Positions 30,128 to 40,446 of a DNA stretch of 64,000 nt are shown piece after piece (within the stretch, counting starts at the first letter, position 1; every line of letters starts with the position of its first letter). Origin of the DNA: an uncultured Candidatus Binatia bacterium (GTDB lineage: Bacteria; Desulfobacterota; Binatia; UBA9968; JAJDTQ01); the NCBI GenBank assembly GCA_964291295.2, contig OZ219754.1:352001-416000 (forward strand), written 5' to 3'. Below the pieces are notes generated by a model that had not been told where the DNA came from, ran no database searches, and worked only from the letters and a program-made list of their open reading frames with translations. The translations under genes and the position numbers were made by a program.

Positions 30128-33100
30128 CTATTCCAGCACAACCCGTACATTGGCCGGTTCCTGTCCCTTGGTCATTTCATCCAGATGGCTCTCGAAACGC
30201 TTCTTCATCTCGTCGGGTCGTGCGGGCGAACCGCCGGCAAGGAGTGCGGCTTTCAGATCATTGGTCTTCAAGACCACTTTGACCAAACCCGACAGAACCT
30301 CCTGGAGAGGCTCGATCAATTCGAGATCCAAGGGATCGGGGAGTTCTCCTTTCTTCGTGAAGGCGGTGACCCGTTCCCGTTGAGCCGGCTCAAGCAGCGA
30401 AAGGCTTTCGCGAATGGATGGATCGTCAAGATTGGCGAGCAGCGTTTGCGTCCAGTCGGCGAGCAGCCCGTCAATCTTCTCGTCCAGTCTGGCAAGGGTT
30501 GTTCCGGCGACGCTGGTTGTCTCAAGGGCCGGCCTGAACCCACAGTGCGGGCAGACCGGAGCGGTTTCCGTCTCTTCCTTGGTGAGAGCGAAACAAGTCT
30601 TCAATTCGTCAAGGCGTTCCTTCAAATCGATCAGATGCTGGACCGGCATGAGGTCAATTGCGGAGAGCGCATGGAGGCGGGCAAGCCTTCCGTCGCTCAT
30701 CAGCGTGGTCTTCCTCCTCTCGTTGTTTGCGCCAAGCCGCGCCTTGGCGTGGAGGTCCAGATATATCCCGACGAAGGATTGCTTCAAGTCGTTAATCTTG
30801 CGTAGCGACCGGCGGCGGATCGCCGGCAATTCATGCTCGGCCGAGGATCGCACGATATCTGCCAGCACTTCGTCGCGGACAGCCTTCATTTGCGTCGCCC
30901 ATTCATGGGACGGGGGAAGCACTGCCTCCGCCGCGCTGAGGAAAGCCGTCACGGGGGCCAATTCGGAAGCCGTCCCAAGGACGCCCTCCACTTCTGCCAT
31001 TGATGCGAGCTCCGCTGCATGGCTGCTCACCTCCTCGGCGTCATGCCGGAGGTTCTTGAGACGGCCCGGCGTGGTATAAGCTTGGAGAGATTCAAGAAAA
31101 GTCTTGGCCCGCTCCAGCGTCGCACTCAAGTTTGTCCCTGCTTCCGATTCAATCAGGTTTCTGCCCCAGCACGGAATCCCGTTCTGAACTGCTCGTTGGG
31201 CGATGAGCAGCCTTTCCACGGTCCGGCCAACGGCCTTCTGAAGCTCCTGTACGGGATCTTGCTCGCCATGGGTGACAAGGGTCGCCATGCCCGGGGCAAG
31301 GCCAAACAAATCGAACAGCGCCTTGAGAGCAGGGATATTCCAGTCCTTGGGCCGCTCGATATGCTTGAAGCGGACGATCTCGTCGAGCGGTAGGGCGGCG
31401 AGAGCGGACAGGTCGGTGGCGTCGAACTTCCGTCCGGGAACAGCGAGCACGAGATCGCCGGAATAGACCAATGTCGCAAGCAACACCACGGCCCATTCGG
31501 GTTCCAGCCGCAAAGTCTGCGGAGCCAAGTATTCGACGCCGAGCAGTTCCTGAATCAGTTCGGCGCGGTTGACGACTTGGCCGCGGCCCTTCTTGTGCAC
31601 CTGATCGAGGATTTGGACAGCATATCTTGATCGATGGGGATCGAGCCTGTCGCCGTCCAGGAGATGGAGCGCGTCGAGAATCGCTGTGGCCTGTCTCGTT
31701 TTCGTCGTGCCGGCGATCCACCGCAACGCATCCTGGGTGGCTTGAGCACGGTTGGACGACGTGATCAGCACGGAAAATTTCGGATAGTCCGGTGCCTGGT
31801 CGGCGAAGTGGGCATCAAGGCAGATGCCGGCAATCGCGTTGATCATATCCCGGAAGTTTATGCGCTCGGAGGGAAGCGTCCCGGAGAGTTCACGAGGAGA
31901 ATGCCCCTTGGCCCATTCGAGCAACGCCTTGCGGCGACCTTGATAGCCAATTTCGAAGGCCATGCCCATGTGCTCCTGAAGCCAATTGACCAGATCGCGG
32001 AGGAATCCCGACGCCTTCGATTCGTAAGTTGCCTTGGCGTGCCCGGATGAGGTCGACGCCAAATCGACCGAGGCTGCGTAGCCACACAGGATCTCCCGGA
32101 ATCGGTCGTCTTCGCCGATGAGATGGAAAAAGACCTCGTCCGCCGCCTTCTCGTCCTTGAAACGCGGCGGCTCGTGCGGCTGGATGAAATACAGGTAGAA
32201 ATCGCGCGGAGGCGCTGCGGTGGACCGCTCATTCGGCGCACCGAAGAACAAGTACCCCCGGCGAGCCGCCTTGCGCGCTCGCCATTCGAGTTCGTGCTCC
32301 CAGATATGGTAGCCGGTGACGTAGGTTTCGTCGGTGCACTCCATCACCCGCCGCAGCGCATCGTAGTAGTAGCGGTCCAACCGTGCCGCATCAAGGCTTT
32401 CGGCCCGTTTCTCGATCAACGCGTCGAAATCGTCGGTTTTCTTGAGATCGAGATAGTATTGGCGGTTGTCCGGATTCGACGAAATGAACTGGCCGCTGAC
32501 GGTCTTGTGTATCTCGCGGAGCACCGTTTCCACTTGTGACAGGAGATCGTCGGCAGGATCTCCCCCGAGATCCTCGATCCCGGGCTGGTACAGACACAGC
32601 CTGTCCCTCAACTCCTCGGCGGTGGCCCCAAGTGGGGCGTGCATGTCGCCGGTAGTCAGCCGGTGCACCGAAAGCGCATGAATGATTCGTACCGCCATGG
32701 GCTTGTAGGCAGGTCTCGTGAACGCCTGATCGATCCGGGACTCCAGCACTTGGCTGCAATCGATAATGGCCTTGATGTCCGGGAGGGTCCGGAAGGACGG
32801 GTTCGTTCGCAATGTGGACCAGTAGCCGTCATAGGCGATGAGGCCCGGTCGGTCGGTCGGAAGGTCTCGCCCAATCAGCTGCTTCATTGCCAATGACAGG
32901 GTTCGGAGGATTTCGCGCTTTTCGACGACGGTCACACGCTCGAAGGTGTCGATGTAATCGGGATGGACCGGGAACAGGTCCACATACTCGTCCATTCGCT
33001 CGTTCATGAGCCCGTAGAACTTGGCGAAGGGCGCCAGGTATTCCCTGATCCGAACCTGCTGCTCGCCGGTTTTTCGGAGCAGTCGTTGCGCCACGACAAA

Positions 33101-33856
33101 CTTCACGTCCCTCCGGGCGATAAGTACTTGCTCGAAGCGATCCTTTACTCGACGGATGCTGTCAGCGACGAAGGCGAAACGCGGGCTGTCGAAAATGGCC
33201 TCCTGCACCCCGGCGATGAAGCGCAGCCGGAGATCCTTGCAGACCTCGCCGATTTCGCGCAGGAAGTTGAGGTCCAGGATCAGTTCCTGGTCCTTGCGTG
33301 ATCGCAGATAGTCCAGAAGCTCGTCCACGACCAGCAGCAGGCCGTGATCGGGGTAGGCTCGGTGAAAGGCCGCCATCATCTCCTCGAAGGCACGCTTGCT
33401 GCCGGAGACCTCTGAAGCGCCCGGAAAGGTAAACGACACACCAAGCGCATCCAGGCGCTCCTCCAGTTCGCCACAGACGATGTCGCGCAGGGACATCGTG
33501 GTGGCGCCGATCTCGGTTCGAACCACCTTGAACTTGCCGGCCACCGCATTCGTTTCTTGCAAGGCCCTCGGATTGGAAAGTTCCGATGCCAGTTCGGCGT
33601 ATTCGGCGATGCCGGAAATGACCGACATCAGGTGCGATTTGCCTGTGCCATAGTTGCCGACGATCAGGACCCCCTTGTTGTCGGCGGGTTTGTCGTACTG
33701 AAGTTGCGAAAACACCACGGCCGACAGCTTCTCGGCCATGTCATCGGAAATGACATAGCTGCTTACGAGATGGCGCGCGGCGGCCGTGTCGTCGGCATCG
33801 CGGAGTTGTACAACGCTCTCAATCGGATCGAACCAGATCAGATTGTCGTACTTCAT
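30128..33856 (-). CDS. brxC: BREX-3 ATPase BrxC/PglY (DUF6079-like)
   Basis: [11 protein letters not shown] Walker [10 protein letters not shown] Walker B, C-terminal CPHCGFRP; 1242 aa. Confidence 0.9.
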   Translation of the reverse strand: MKYDNLIWFDPIESVVQLRDADDTAAARHLVSSYVISDDMAEKLSAVVFSQLQYDKPADNKGVLIVGNYGTGKSHLMSVISGIAEYAELASELSNPRALQETNAVAGKFKVVRTEIGATTMSLRDIVCGELEERLDALGVSFTFPGASEVSGSKRAFEEMMAAFHRAYPDHGLLLVVDELLDYLRSRKDQELILDLNFLREIGEVCKDLRLRFIAGVQEAIFDSPRFAFVADSIRRVKDRFEQVLIARRDVKFVVAQRLLRKTGEQQVRIREYLAPFAKFYGLMNERMDEYVDLFPVHPDYIDTFERVTVVEKREILRTLSLAMKQLIGRDLPTDRPGLIAYDGYWSTLRTNPSFRTLPDIKAIIDCSQVLESRIDQAFTRPAYKPMAVRIIHALSVHRLTTGDMHAPLGATAEELRDRLCLYQPGIEDLGGDPADDLLSQVETVLREIHKTVSGQFISSNPDNRQYYLDLKKTDDFDALIEKRAESLDAARLDRYYYDALRRVMECTDETYVTGYHIWEHELEWRARKAARRGYLFFGAPNERSTAAPPRDFYLYFIQPHEPPRFKDEKAADEVFFHLIGEDDRFREILCGYAASVDLASTSSGHAKATYESKASGFLRDLVNWLQEHMGMAFEIGYQGRRKALLEWAKGHSPRELSGTLPSERINFRDMINAIAGICLDAHFADQAPDYPKFSVLITSSNRAQATQDALRWIAGTTKTRQATAILDALHLLDGDRLDPHRSRYAVQILDQVHKKGRGQVVNRAELIQELLGVEYLAPQTLRLEPEWAVVLLATLVYSGDLVLAVPGRKFDATDLSALAALPLDEIVRFKHIERPKDWNIPALKALFDLFGLAPGMATLVTHGEQDPVQELQKAVGRTVERLLIAQRAVQNGIPCWGRNLIESEAGTNLSATLERAKTFLESLQAYTTPGRLKNLRHDAEEVSSHAAELASMAEVEGVLGTASELAPVTAFLSAAEAVLPPSHEWATQMKAVRDEVLADIVRSSAEHELPAIRRRSLRKINDLKQSFVGIYLDLHAKARLGANNERRKTTLMSDGRLARLHALSAIDLMPVQHLIDLKERLDELKTCFALTKEETETAPVCPHCGFRPALETTSVAGTTLARLDEKIDGLLADWTQTLLANLDDPSIRESLSLLEPAQRERVTAFTKKGELPDPLDLELIEPLQEVLSGLVKVVLKTNDLKAALLAGGSPARPDEMKKRFESHLDEMTKGQEPANVRVVLE

Positions 33857-34333
33857 CTATGTCGCCGCCTGCATGCGCACGGTGAGAATGCCGTCAATCG
33901 GGTAGCACCGGTACTCGGGATGCCCTGGCTGAGAGTAAGAGAGGCACCGGTCTTCAATGGATCCGTTCCAGGCTGCAATCACGGTCATGTGCCGCGACAG
34001 ATACTGCAACAGGCGAAGCGGATCCTGCCGTAGCGAGACATCGAAAAGAAGCTCGATACGGTTGAGCAGAACGATATCGCTTTCGGTTTCGGAAACGATC
34101 TGCTCAAGAAGCTGTTGGACATGGAGCGGGCGCTGCCGCTCGGCCAGATCCAACAAGCGGCGGGAGAGTTCGAGGTTGACGTTTACGATGGGCACACCGA
34201 TGCACTTGCCGACTGCCTGCAGGCTGTCGGTATTGCCCCCGCTCTGCCCGCCAACGATCAGGACGAGCCGGTTGTAAAGGCCGCGTGCAAGTCGAACCTT
34301 TTCGTTTACCGCCTCGGCCAGACTCTGCATCAC
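33857..34333 (-). CDS. brxF: BREX-3 P-loop protein BrxF (degenerate Walker A)
   Basis: LYNRLVLIVG, NVNLELS, IELLFD.SL..DPLRLL, YSQPGHPEY. Confidence 0.85.
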   Translation of the reverse strand: MMQSLAEAVNEKVRLARGLYNRLVLIVGGQSGGNTDSLQAVGKCIGVPIVNVNLELSRRLLDLAERQRPLHVQQLLEQIVSETESDIVLLNRIELLFDVSLRQDPLRLLQYLSRHMTVIAAWNGSIEDRCLSYSQPGHPEYRCYPIDGILTVRMQAAT

Positions 34334-34539
34334 GCGTCATCTCCGATGTCCACCATGTCCGTTGCACCGCCTTGACCCAGCCAGCGATCGATCGTCTTCT
34401 TCTGGAATCGCCAGAGCCCTCCGACTGTCCGGCACGGAACCCTGCCTTCCTGCGCCAGCTTGCAGAGCGTCGGATGCGATCCCCTCAGACAGTCGGACAA
34501 CTCGTCGATCGCCAAGACGTTGCCCGGTTCCGTCTCCAC
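34330..34539 (-). CDS. Excisionase-like HTH_17 DNA-binding protein
   Basis: LAIDELS.CLR....LCKLAQEGRVP..VGGLWRF....IDRWL; stop overlaps the brxF start. Confidence 0.75.
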   Translation of the reverse strand: METEPGNVLAIDELSDCLRGSHPTLCKLAQEGRVPCRTVGGLWRFQKKTIDRWLGQGGATDMVDIGDDA

Positions 34540-34657
34540 GGCGAGTCATCCTCGCCGCACTGCCGACAAGTCCGTGCATCTGACTGCGCGGACTCCTGCG
34601 ATTATCAATAGTTACAGCCGATGCCCATTGTCCCCATCCAATCATTTTGGATACAAT

Positions 34658-34873
34658 TGGGGGCACTTTCAAGGCTTCGCCGGGAACCAACGAGCTGGAT
34701 TTCGCCGGCGGCTTCGGCGGGCGTCCGGTAGAGTTGACCCCGGGGGTCGCCGGACCGGTGCCCGTTCATCGCGGGCGCCGAGACCGTTCTGGAAGGAGAG
34801 ATCCCGCCCGAGGGACAGGTGCATCCCGAAGGCCCGTTCGGCGGGTTCTCGCGCCCGGTGGAGGGCACCCACC
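34658..34873 (+). pseudogene. Degenerate internal fragment of ubiD
   Basis: Direct repeat of 21223-21438 with frameshifting indels; ends at the amidohydrolase stop codon. Confidence 0.9.
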
Positions 34874-35940
34874 TACGGATCCAGCCGGTAGAAGCGGCGC
34901 GCATTGTCCGCGAGGATGGCCGCCTTGTCGTCGTCGGTGAGCGCCGGGTTGCCGGTCACCTCGGCGATCTCGTGGCCGATGTCGCCGGGGCCGATCTCGT
35001 GCGGGAAGTCGCTGGCGAACAGGAACCGCCCGTTGCCGGCCCGCTGGATCTGGTAGTCGAGGCCTTTCTCGCCGCCCTCGCAGCCCACGAAGACGTTGTC
35101 CAGGAGCCCGTAACGGCTTGGCGGGTGCTCGGGACCGGGACCGTCATAGTTGCCGTGGGAGTTCCACTCGCCGAAAAAGGCATGGGATCGATCCATCCGG
35201 TCCATCCAGAAGCTCAGCCATCCCGCGCCCCCTTCCAGGAACGCCACCCGCAGATTCGGAAACCGGTCGAAGACGCCGTGGTAGACCATGCCCGAGAAGG
35301 CGATCATCAGGCTGAAAGGGTGTCCCAACCCGGCCACGGGAACGAACGCCCCGAAAGTGTCGAGCCCCATGCCGTGATGGCAGCCGCCGTGCACCGCCAG
35401 GCCGCAGCCCAGCCGTTCCGCCTCCGCATACACGTCCCAGTAGATCCTGTGGCCCAGATCCATGGGCAGCCCGCGCGAGGGCAGCATGGCCCCCCGCATG
35501 CCCAGCTCCGTCACCGCCCGGCGCAACTCCCGGACCGCCTCCTCCGGTACCTGGAGCGGGAGGAGCGCCATGCCCTTGAGCCGCGGATTGTCCTTCAGGT
35601 ACCGGTCATGGAGCCAGCTGTTGTAGGCGTGGGCCACGGCGCAGGCCCAGTCCGGCCCGCTGATGTTGCCCATGGCCAGGCCCCAAGTGGGATACAGGAC
35701 GCTGCACTCGAACCCGGCCTCCTCCACGAACGAGCGCCAGTCCGCGGGCGTCACGGGCTTGCCGCCGCCAAAGGCGTCCTCGCTCAGATACCTGAGTCCC
35801 AGGTGATGGTGGTCCAGAGAGGGAAAGACCCGCGTCAGGATGCGCCGGCTTGCCTGACTGCGATAGGGCTCCTCGATGTAATCGACGATGGACTCGTCCT
35901 CGATCACATGGCCATCGGCATCGATGACGGGCAGGCGCAC
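34873..35940 (-). CDS. Amidohydrolase_2 family protein
   Basis: IDADGHV, LAVHGG, FLEGGAGW, FASDFPHE. Confidence 0.9.
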   Translation of the reverse strand: MRLPVIDADGHVIEDESIVDYIEEPYRSQASRRILTRVFPSLDHHHLGLRYLSEDAFGGGKPVTPADWRSFVEEAGFECSVLYPTWGLAMGNISGPDWACAVAHAYNSWLHDRYLKDNPRLKGMALLPLQVPEEAVRELRRAVTELGMRGAMLPSRGLPMDLGHRIYWDVYAEAERLGCGLAVHGGCHHGMGLDTFGAFVPVAGLGHPFSLMIAFSGMVYHGVFDRFPNLRVAFLEGGAGWLSFWMDRMDRSHAFFGEWNSHGNYDGPGPEHPPSRYGLLDNVFVGCEGGEKGLDYQIQRAGNGRFLFASDFPHEIGPGDIGHEIAEVTGNPALTDDDKAAILADNARRFYRLDP

Positions 35941-35981
35941 GGACTCCCCTCCTGATCCCGGTCCCTGCGGAACTCCAGTCC

Positions 35982-36644
35982 CTATTGGATACCGGTAATC
36001 CTGATGCTGGCGTGCTTCGACTTGTAACGGCGGTTGAGGGCGATGAGCACGCCGGTCAACCCCTCCACCACGTAGGCGTTGCCCGCCGGGCCGGCATCGA
36101 GGCCGGTGGCGCCGATGCGCGCCAGCAGCTCGATGACACGCTCCTTGGCTTCCCTGCTGTCGCCGCACACCAGCACGTCGCCGAGGGGCTCGTCCGGGGC
36201 GCCGAGGTCCAGCGCCGAGATGTTGTGCAATGCGCCGATGACCGGGGTGTCCTGGCCCAGGATATTCTGGGCTTCCAGCAGCGCGGAGCCGGCCTCGGGC
36301 ACGAAGGGCCGGCCCTTGCGCAACGGCACCACCGCGTCGATGACGATCTTTCCCCGCAACGCCTCGGCCAGGTCGCGCACCATCTTCTCCTGGCCTTCAT
36401 AGGGAACCGAGATGACGGCCAGCTCCGCTTCCCGGACCGCGTCGGCGTTGAGCATCCCCTCCACGAAGTCCGTGCCCAGCCGCTGGTTCAGCTCCCTGGC
36501 CGCGTCCGCGCCGCGCTGCGCGTCGCGTGAACCGATGAGAACCCGCACGCCGGGCCGCGCCAAGCGTCCCGCCAAGCCCATTCCCAGACTTCCGGTCCCT
36601 CCCACGATAGCGATCGAAATGGAATCCTGCATGGGGTGGCTCAT
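35982..36644 (-). CDS. npdG: NADPH-dependent F420 reductase
   Basis: IVGGTGSLG, GSRD, ISVPY, VEGLT..LI.LNRRYK; lies in the cof cluster. Confidence 0.9.
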   Translation of the reverse strand: MSHPMQDSISIAIVGGTGSLGMGLAGRLARPGVRVLIGSRDAQRGADAARELNQRLGTDFVEGMLNADAVREAELAVISVPYEGQEKMVRDLAEALRGKIVIDAVVPLRKGRPFVPEAGSALLEAQNILGQDTPVIGALHNISALDLGAPDEPLGDVLVCGDSREAKERVIELLARIGATGLDAGPAGNAYVVEGLTGVLIALNRRYKSKHASIRITGIQ

Positions 36645-36663
36645 AACATTTTCGCCTCAGGTC

Positions 36664-37464
36664 CTACAAATGGCGGGTCGGCGCGGGAACGGGTCCGACC
36701 TCGCGCTCCTGGCCGCGGAAGAGATCATCCGACGCCGGCCGGATCAATTCCCGCGCCGATCCGTCACCTGGCGGCAACTCGCAGCCCCGGACAATGGCGG
36801 CGGGCACGCGGCGGGTCTTTCCCATGACCAGTTCAGCGGCCCCCGCGACCTGGTCAGCCACCGCCGTGACCGACGCTCTGAGCTGATATCCATGGGAGTC
36901 GACCTGTCCGCGGTGGTCGATCAGGGGACCGAAGCCCGCCACGCCGATGGCCACGTCGGTGGTGCCCAGGCGCCAGGGGCGGCCGAACGTGTCGGTGATG
37001 ACGACGCCGGCCGTGGTCCCGGTGAGCCGCCGCACCTCGTCGCGGACGCGCCGGGCGGAAGCGTCGGAGTCCTCCGGCAACAGCAGCGCGCGGTCCGCGC
37101 CGACGTTCGACAGGTCGATGCCCGCGTTGGCGCATACGAAGCCGTGATGGGTCTCGACGACGATGGTGCTGCGCCCTTTCGCGACGATGCGGCGGCTCTC
37201 CCGCAGGATGAGCTCCAGCAGACGGGGATCCTTGCCGTCGAGCTCGGCGGAGAGCCTCGACGCCTCCGCGGAGGGGACAACGCTGCCCAGAGCCACGGCG
37301 CGGCCCTCGGACTTGGAGACGATCTTCTGCGCCAGCACCAGCACGTCGCCGTCCCGCAAGGCGGTACCCTGGCGCGCGCAGACCTCCACCACCCGCCGCC
37401 CCAGCGGGTCGCCGGACACGATCTCGCCCAACCCCTCCACGGCGATGACCTCGAGGCGCCGCAT
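36664..37464 (-). CDS. cofE: Coenzyme F420-0:L-glutamate ligase
   Basis: QKIVSKSEGR, CANAGIDLSN, DTFGRPWRLG; no C-terminal nitroreductase domain. Confidence 0.95.
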   Translation of the reverse strand: MRRLEVIAVEGLGEIVSGDPLGRRVVEVCARQGTALRDGDVLVLAQKIVSKSEGRAVALGSVVPSAEASRLSAELDGKDPRLLELILRESRRIVAKGRSTIVVETHHGFVCANAGIDLSNVGADRALLLPEDSDASARRVRDEVRRLTGTTAGVVITDTFGRPWRLGTTDVAIGVAGFGPLIDHRGQVDSHGYQLRASVTAVADQVAGAAELVMGKTRRVPAAIVRGCELPPGDGSARELIRPASDDLFRGQEREVGPVPAPTRHL

Positions 37465-37470
37465 GGACGG

Positions 37471-38160
37471 CTAACCCGCTTCGGCGCAGAAGCGGCCGCC
37501 GCGGTCCTTCATGGCGGCGAGCCGATCACGGGTGCGGCCGCCTTGCAGCCGGCGGACGACCTGCTGGAGGTCGGCGGGCTCGTCCACATCCAGCGCGATG
37601 CGGGCGTTCTCGACGACTTTGACGACGGCGCCGCGGGTTGCCGCCTGGTTGAGGTGATGGCGGAAGCTGTCGTGGCCGAAACGGAGCCGCAGTACGTCCG
37701 GCGGCGCCAGCAGCAGCGCGTTGGTGCCCATGCGGTCATGGGAGGGCGTGAGCACGACAAAGGGCTGGTGGGGATGCTTGCCAGGACGGGCCGGCGCGGC
37801 GCGGAGCACCGACTCCACATCCTCGGCGCGCACCAGCGGGATATCGCCCGGCAACACCAGCACGGCTTCCATGCCCGCCTCCTTCATCACGTCGAGGGCG
37901 AGGTGGACCGCGGCGGTCTCACCCGTCTCCTCCTGTTCCCGGATGACCGCCACGCGCATGGCCGAGACCCAGTCCACCACCGCGGCGGAGCCGGTGACCA
38001 CGCAGGTCTCGTGGACGCCCCGCGCACGGGTCACCTCGGTCAGCACGTCGTGCACCATGGCCTTCATCAATTCCGAGCGGTCGTGCGCGCCGAGTTGAGG
38101 GGAAAGCCGCTGCTTGGCGCCGTGAAATCCCTTGACAGGTATGAGCGCACCGATCTTCAT
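37471..38160 (-). CDS. cofC: 2-phospho-L-lactate / PEP guanylyltransferase
   Basis: LIPVK...AKQRLS, PGDIP, GTNAL, RFGHDSF..H, LDVDEPADL. Confidence 0.93.
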   Translation of the reverse strand: MKIGALIPVKGFHGAKQRLSPQLGAHDRSELMKAMVHDVLTEVTRARGVHETCVVTGSAAVVDWVSAMRVAVIREQEETGETAAVHLALDVMKEAGMEAVLVLPGDIPLVRAEDVESVLRAAPARPGKHPHQPFVVLTPSHDRMGTNALLLAPPDVLRLRFGHDSFRHHLNQAATRGAVVKVVENARIALDVDEPADLQQVVRRLQGGRTRDRLAAMKDRGGRFCAEAG

Positions 38161-38276
38161 CCCCGAATTCACTACCGAGTTCATCACTGAACCGGAATCC
38201 CTGGCACCGGCCCGAAGACTCTGGAATCCTGCCGGGGCGCGGGCCATCCGCTCCGGGACCGGCGGCGAACCGCCCC

Positions 38277-39197
38277 TCAGGAGAGTTGCAGCAGCTCCCG
38301 GGCCAGCCGCTTCTTGTCGTCCAGGGTATCCATGCGGATGGAGGCGGCGCGCACCTCCAGGCCCAGCTTCTCGATGGCGGGCCGCTGATGCCGGTCTTTC
38401 TCGTCAATGACCAGCACGTTCACGAAATCCCGGTAGGCCCGGGCCAGTCCTTCCACCGACGCCTCCACACCGAGGGTGGCCATCAGCTTGTGAGCCGGGC
38501 CGCTGAAGGAACATCCCCGCACCATCGGGCTTACGGCCGCCACCGTGGCGGGCGTCTGCCCCAGCGCCTCCCGGACGCCGGGCACCGCAAGGATGGGGCC
38601 GATGCTGGTGGCCGGGTTGCTCGGACAGACCACCACCATGGCGGCGCCGTGGATGGCTTCCAGCAGCCCCGGCGCCGGACGGCAACCCTCGATGCCCTGG
38701 TAGCGCAGGCTCAGGACAGACGGCTGCCAGCGCGCCTTCACGAAGTACTCCTGAAAGGATATCTCCCCCTCCGAGGTGGAAAGCCGGGTCTCCACCCGCT
38801 GGTCGGACATGGGCAGCACGGTGGACCGGACCCCCAGAGCGCGGCACAGCGCGGCGGTGACGCAGGACAGGGACTGCCCCCGGGCCAGCAGGCGGGTGCG
38901 AGTCAGATGGAGGGCGATGTCCCGATCGCCCAGTTGAAACCAAGTCTCGTTGCCAAGCCGCCGGAGCTGTTCCAGTACGGCGAAGGTATCGTCCCGGATA
39001 CCCCAGCCCCGGACCGGGTCGATGAGGCCCGCCAAGGTATAGGCGATGGTATCGACGTCGGGGGATACGTGGAGACCGTGCATCACCGAGTCGTCGGCGG
39101 TGTTGCACACCACCACCAGGTCTCCGGGGGCGGTCTCCTCATGGAAGCCCAAGACCAGCTTGGCGCCGCCGGTGCCTCCGGTGAGGAGGACGATCAT
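38277..39197 (-). CDS. cofD: 2-phospho-L-lactate transferase
   Basis: LTGGTGGAKL, NTADD, SPDVD, WFQLGDRD, FQEYFV, PSNP..SIGPIL. Confidence 0.95.
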   Translation of the reverse strand: MIVLLTGGTGGAKLVLGFHEETAPGDLVVVCNTADDSVMHGLHVSPDVDTIAYTLAGLIDPVRGWGIRDDTFAVLEQLRRLGNETWFQLGDRDIALHLTRTRLLARGQSLSCVTAALCRALGVRSTVLPMSDQRVETRLSTSEGEISFQEYFVKARWQPSVLSLRYQGIEGCRPAPGLLEAIHGAAMVVVCPSNPATSIGPILAVPGVREALGQTPATVAAVSPMVRGCSFSGPAHKLMATLGVEASVEGLARAYRDFVNVLVIDEKDRHQRPAIEKLGLEVRAASIRMDTLDDKKRLARELLQLS

Positions 39198-39201
39198 GGT
39201 G

Positions 39202-40446
39202 CTACAGGCCGGCCGCCGGCTGGTATGCGGCGCTGGCGGATGCCGCGAATTCACCCGCGGGGAACTCGGGCTCGTCTCCCCAGGTCCTCAGTATCTCGTA
39301 GCCGGTGGAGCGCTCGGCCGGGATGCGGCCGATCTGGCGGATCAGCGAGCGGAACTCGTGAGGCCAGATCATCTGCCCCTCGGTGGAGCCCGCCAGCCGC
39401 GAGATGCTCTCCTCCATCAACGTGCCGCCGAAATCGTTGGCGCCGGACCTGAGGCAGAGCTGGGACATGCGCCGGCCCATCTTCACCCAGGAGACCTGGA
39501 CGTTGGGAATGGTATCGTTCAACAGCACGCGCGCCAGCGCGTGGACCCGGATGTCCTCCTCCTCGGTCGGGCCGGGCCGCGCCAGCCCCTGGGCGTAGAG
39601 TGCGGTGTTCTCGTGCACGAAACCCAGCGGCACGAACTCGGTGAAGCCGCCCGTCTCCTTCTGGATGTTCCGCAAGAGCAGCATGTGATCGACCCAATGG
39701 CTGCCATTCTCCCGGTGACCGTACATCATGGTGGAGGTGGTGAAGATGCCCGCTTCATGGGCGGTGCGGATCACCCGGATCCACTGCTCGGTGCTGACCT
39801 TGTTCTTGGACAACACCATCCGCACCTCGTCGTCGAGGATTTCCGCGGCCGTGCCCGGCACGCTGTCGAGGCCGGCATCCCGCAACATCCGCAAATAGTC
39901 GCCCAGCGGCATGCCGGTGAGCTCCACCCCGTAGGTGATCTCCATGGGGGAGTAGGCGTGGATGTGGATTCCGGGAACGCGGGAGCGGATGGCCTGCAAA
40001 AGGTCACGGTAGTAGAATGGGGTCATGCCGCGCGGCAGCCCGCCCTGCATGCAGACCTCGGTGGCGCCCCGGTTCCAGGCCTCCTCCGCCTTGTCCGCCA
40101 CCTCCGCCAGCGAGTTGTCCCAGCTTCCGGGCTTGTGGGGACCCGTGTGGAAGGCGCAGAACTTGCAGCCCACGTAGCAGACATTGGTGAAGTTGATGTT
40201 GCGGCATACGACGTAGGTGAGGCGGTCGCCCACCTTGGCCTGCCGCATCAGGTCGGCGGTGACCGCGAGGGCGGCGAGTTCGTCGCCGCTCACCTCCGAC
40301 AGCGCCAGCCCTTCCTCCCGCGTGACCTCGCGGCCCGCAAGCGCCCCCTCCAGGATTCGTGCGACCCGAGCCTCGATGCGGGGCAACAGCCCGTTCAGCC
40401 GTCGTGCCCCGTCGTCATGCTCGAACATCGCTTCGATGTGGCTCAT
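39202..40446 (-). CDS. cofH: FO synthase subunit 2 (radical SAM)
   Basis: RNINFTNVCYVGCKFCAF, PGTAAEIL, QVSWVKMG, GANDFGGTLMEESISR. Confidence 0.93.
   Translation of the reverse strand: MSHIEAMFEHDDGARRLNGLLPRIEARVARILEGALAGREVTREEGLALSEVSGDELAALAVTADLMRQAKVGDRLTYVVCRNINFTNVCYVGCKFCAFHTGPHKPGSWDNSLAEVADKAEEAWNRGATEVCMQGGLPRGMTPFYYRDLLQAIRSRVPGIHIHAYSPMEITYGVELTGMPLGDYLRMLRDAGLDSVPGTAAEILDDEVRMVLSKNKVSTEQWIRVIRTAHEAGIFTTSTMMYGHRENGSHWVDHMLLLRNIQKETGGFTEFVPLGFVHENTALYAQGLARPGPTEEEDIRVHALARVLLNDTIPNVQVSWVKMGRRMSQLCLRSGANDFGGTLMEESISRLAGSTEGQMIWPHEFRSLIRQIGRIPAERSTGYEILRTWGDEPEFPAGEFAASASAAYQPAAGL

Larger units (their letters stand above)
22458..34539 (-). other. Type 3 BREX anti-phage locus (variant)
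   Basis: Tightly coupled HTH-brxF-brxC/pglY-(AlbA_2)-pglXI-pglZ-brxA; visibly less GC-rich than the flanks. Confidence 0.88.
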
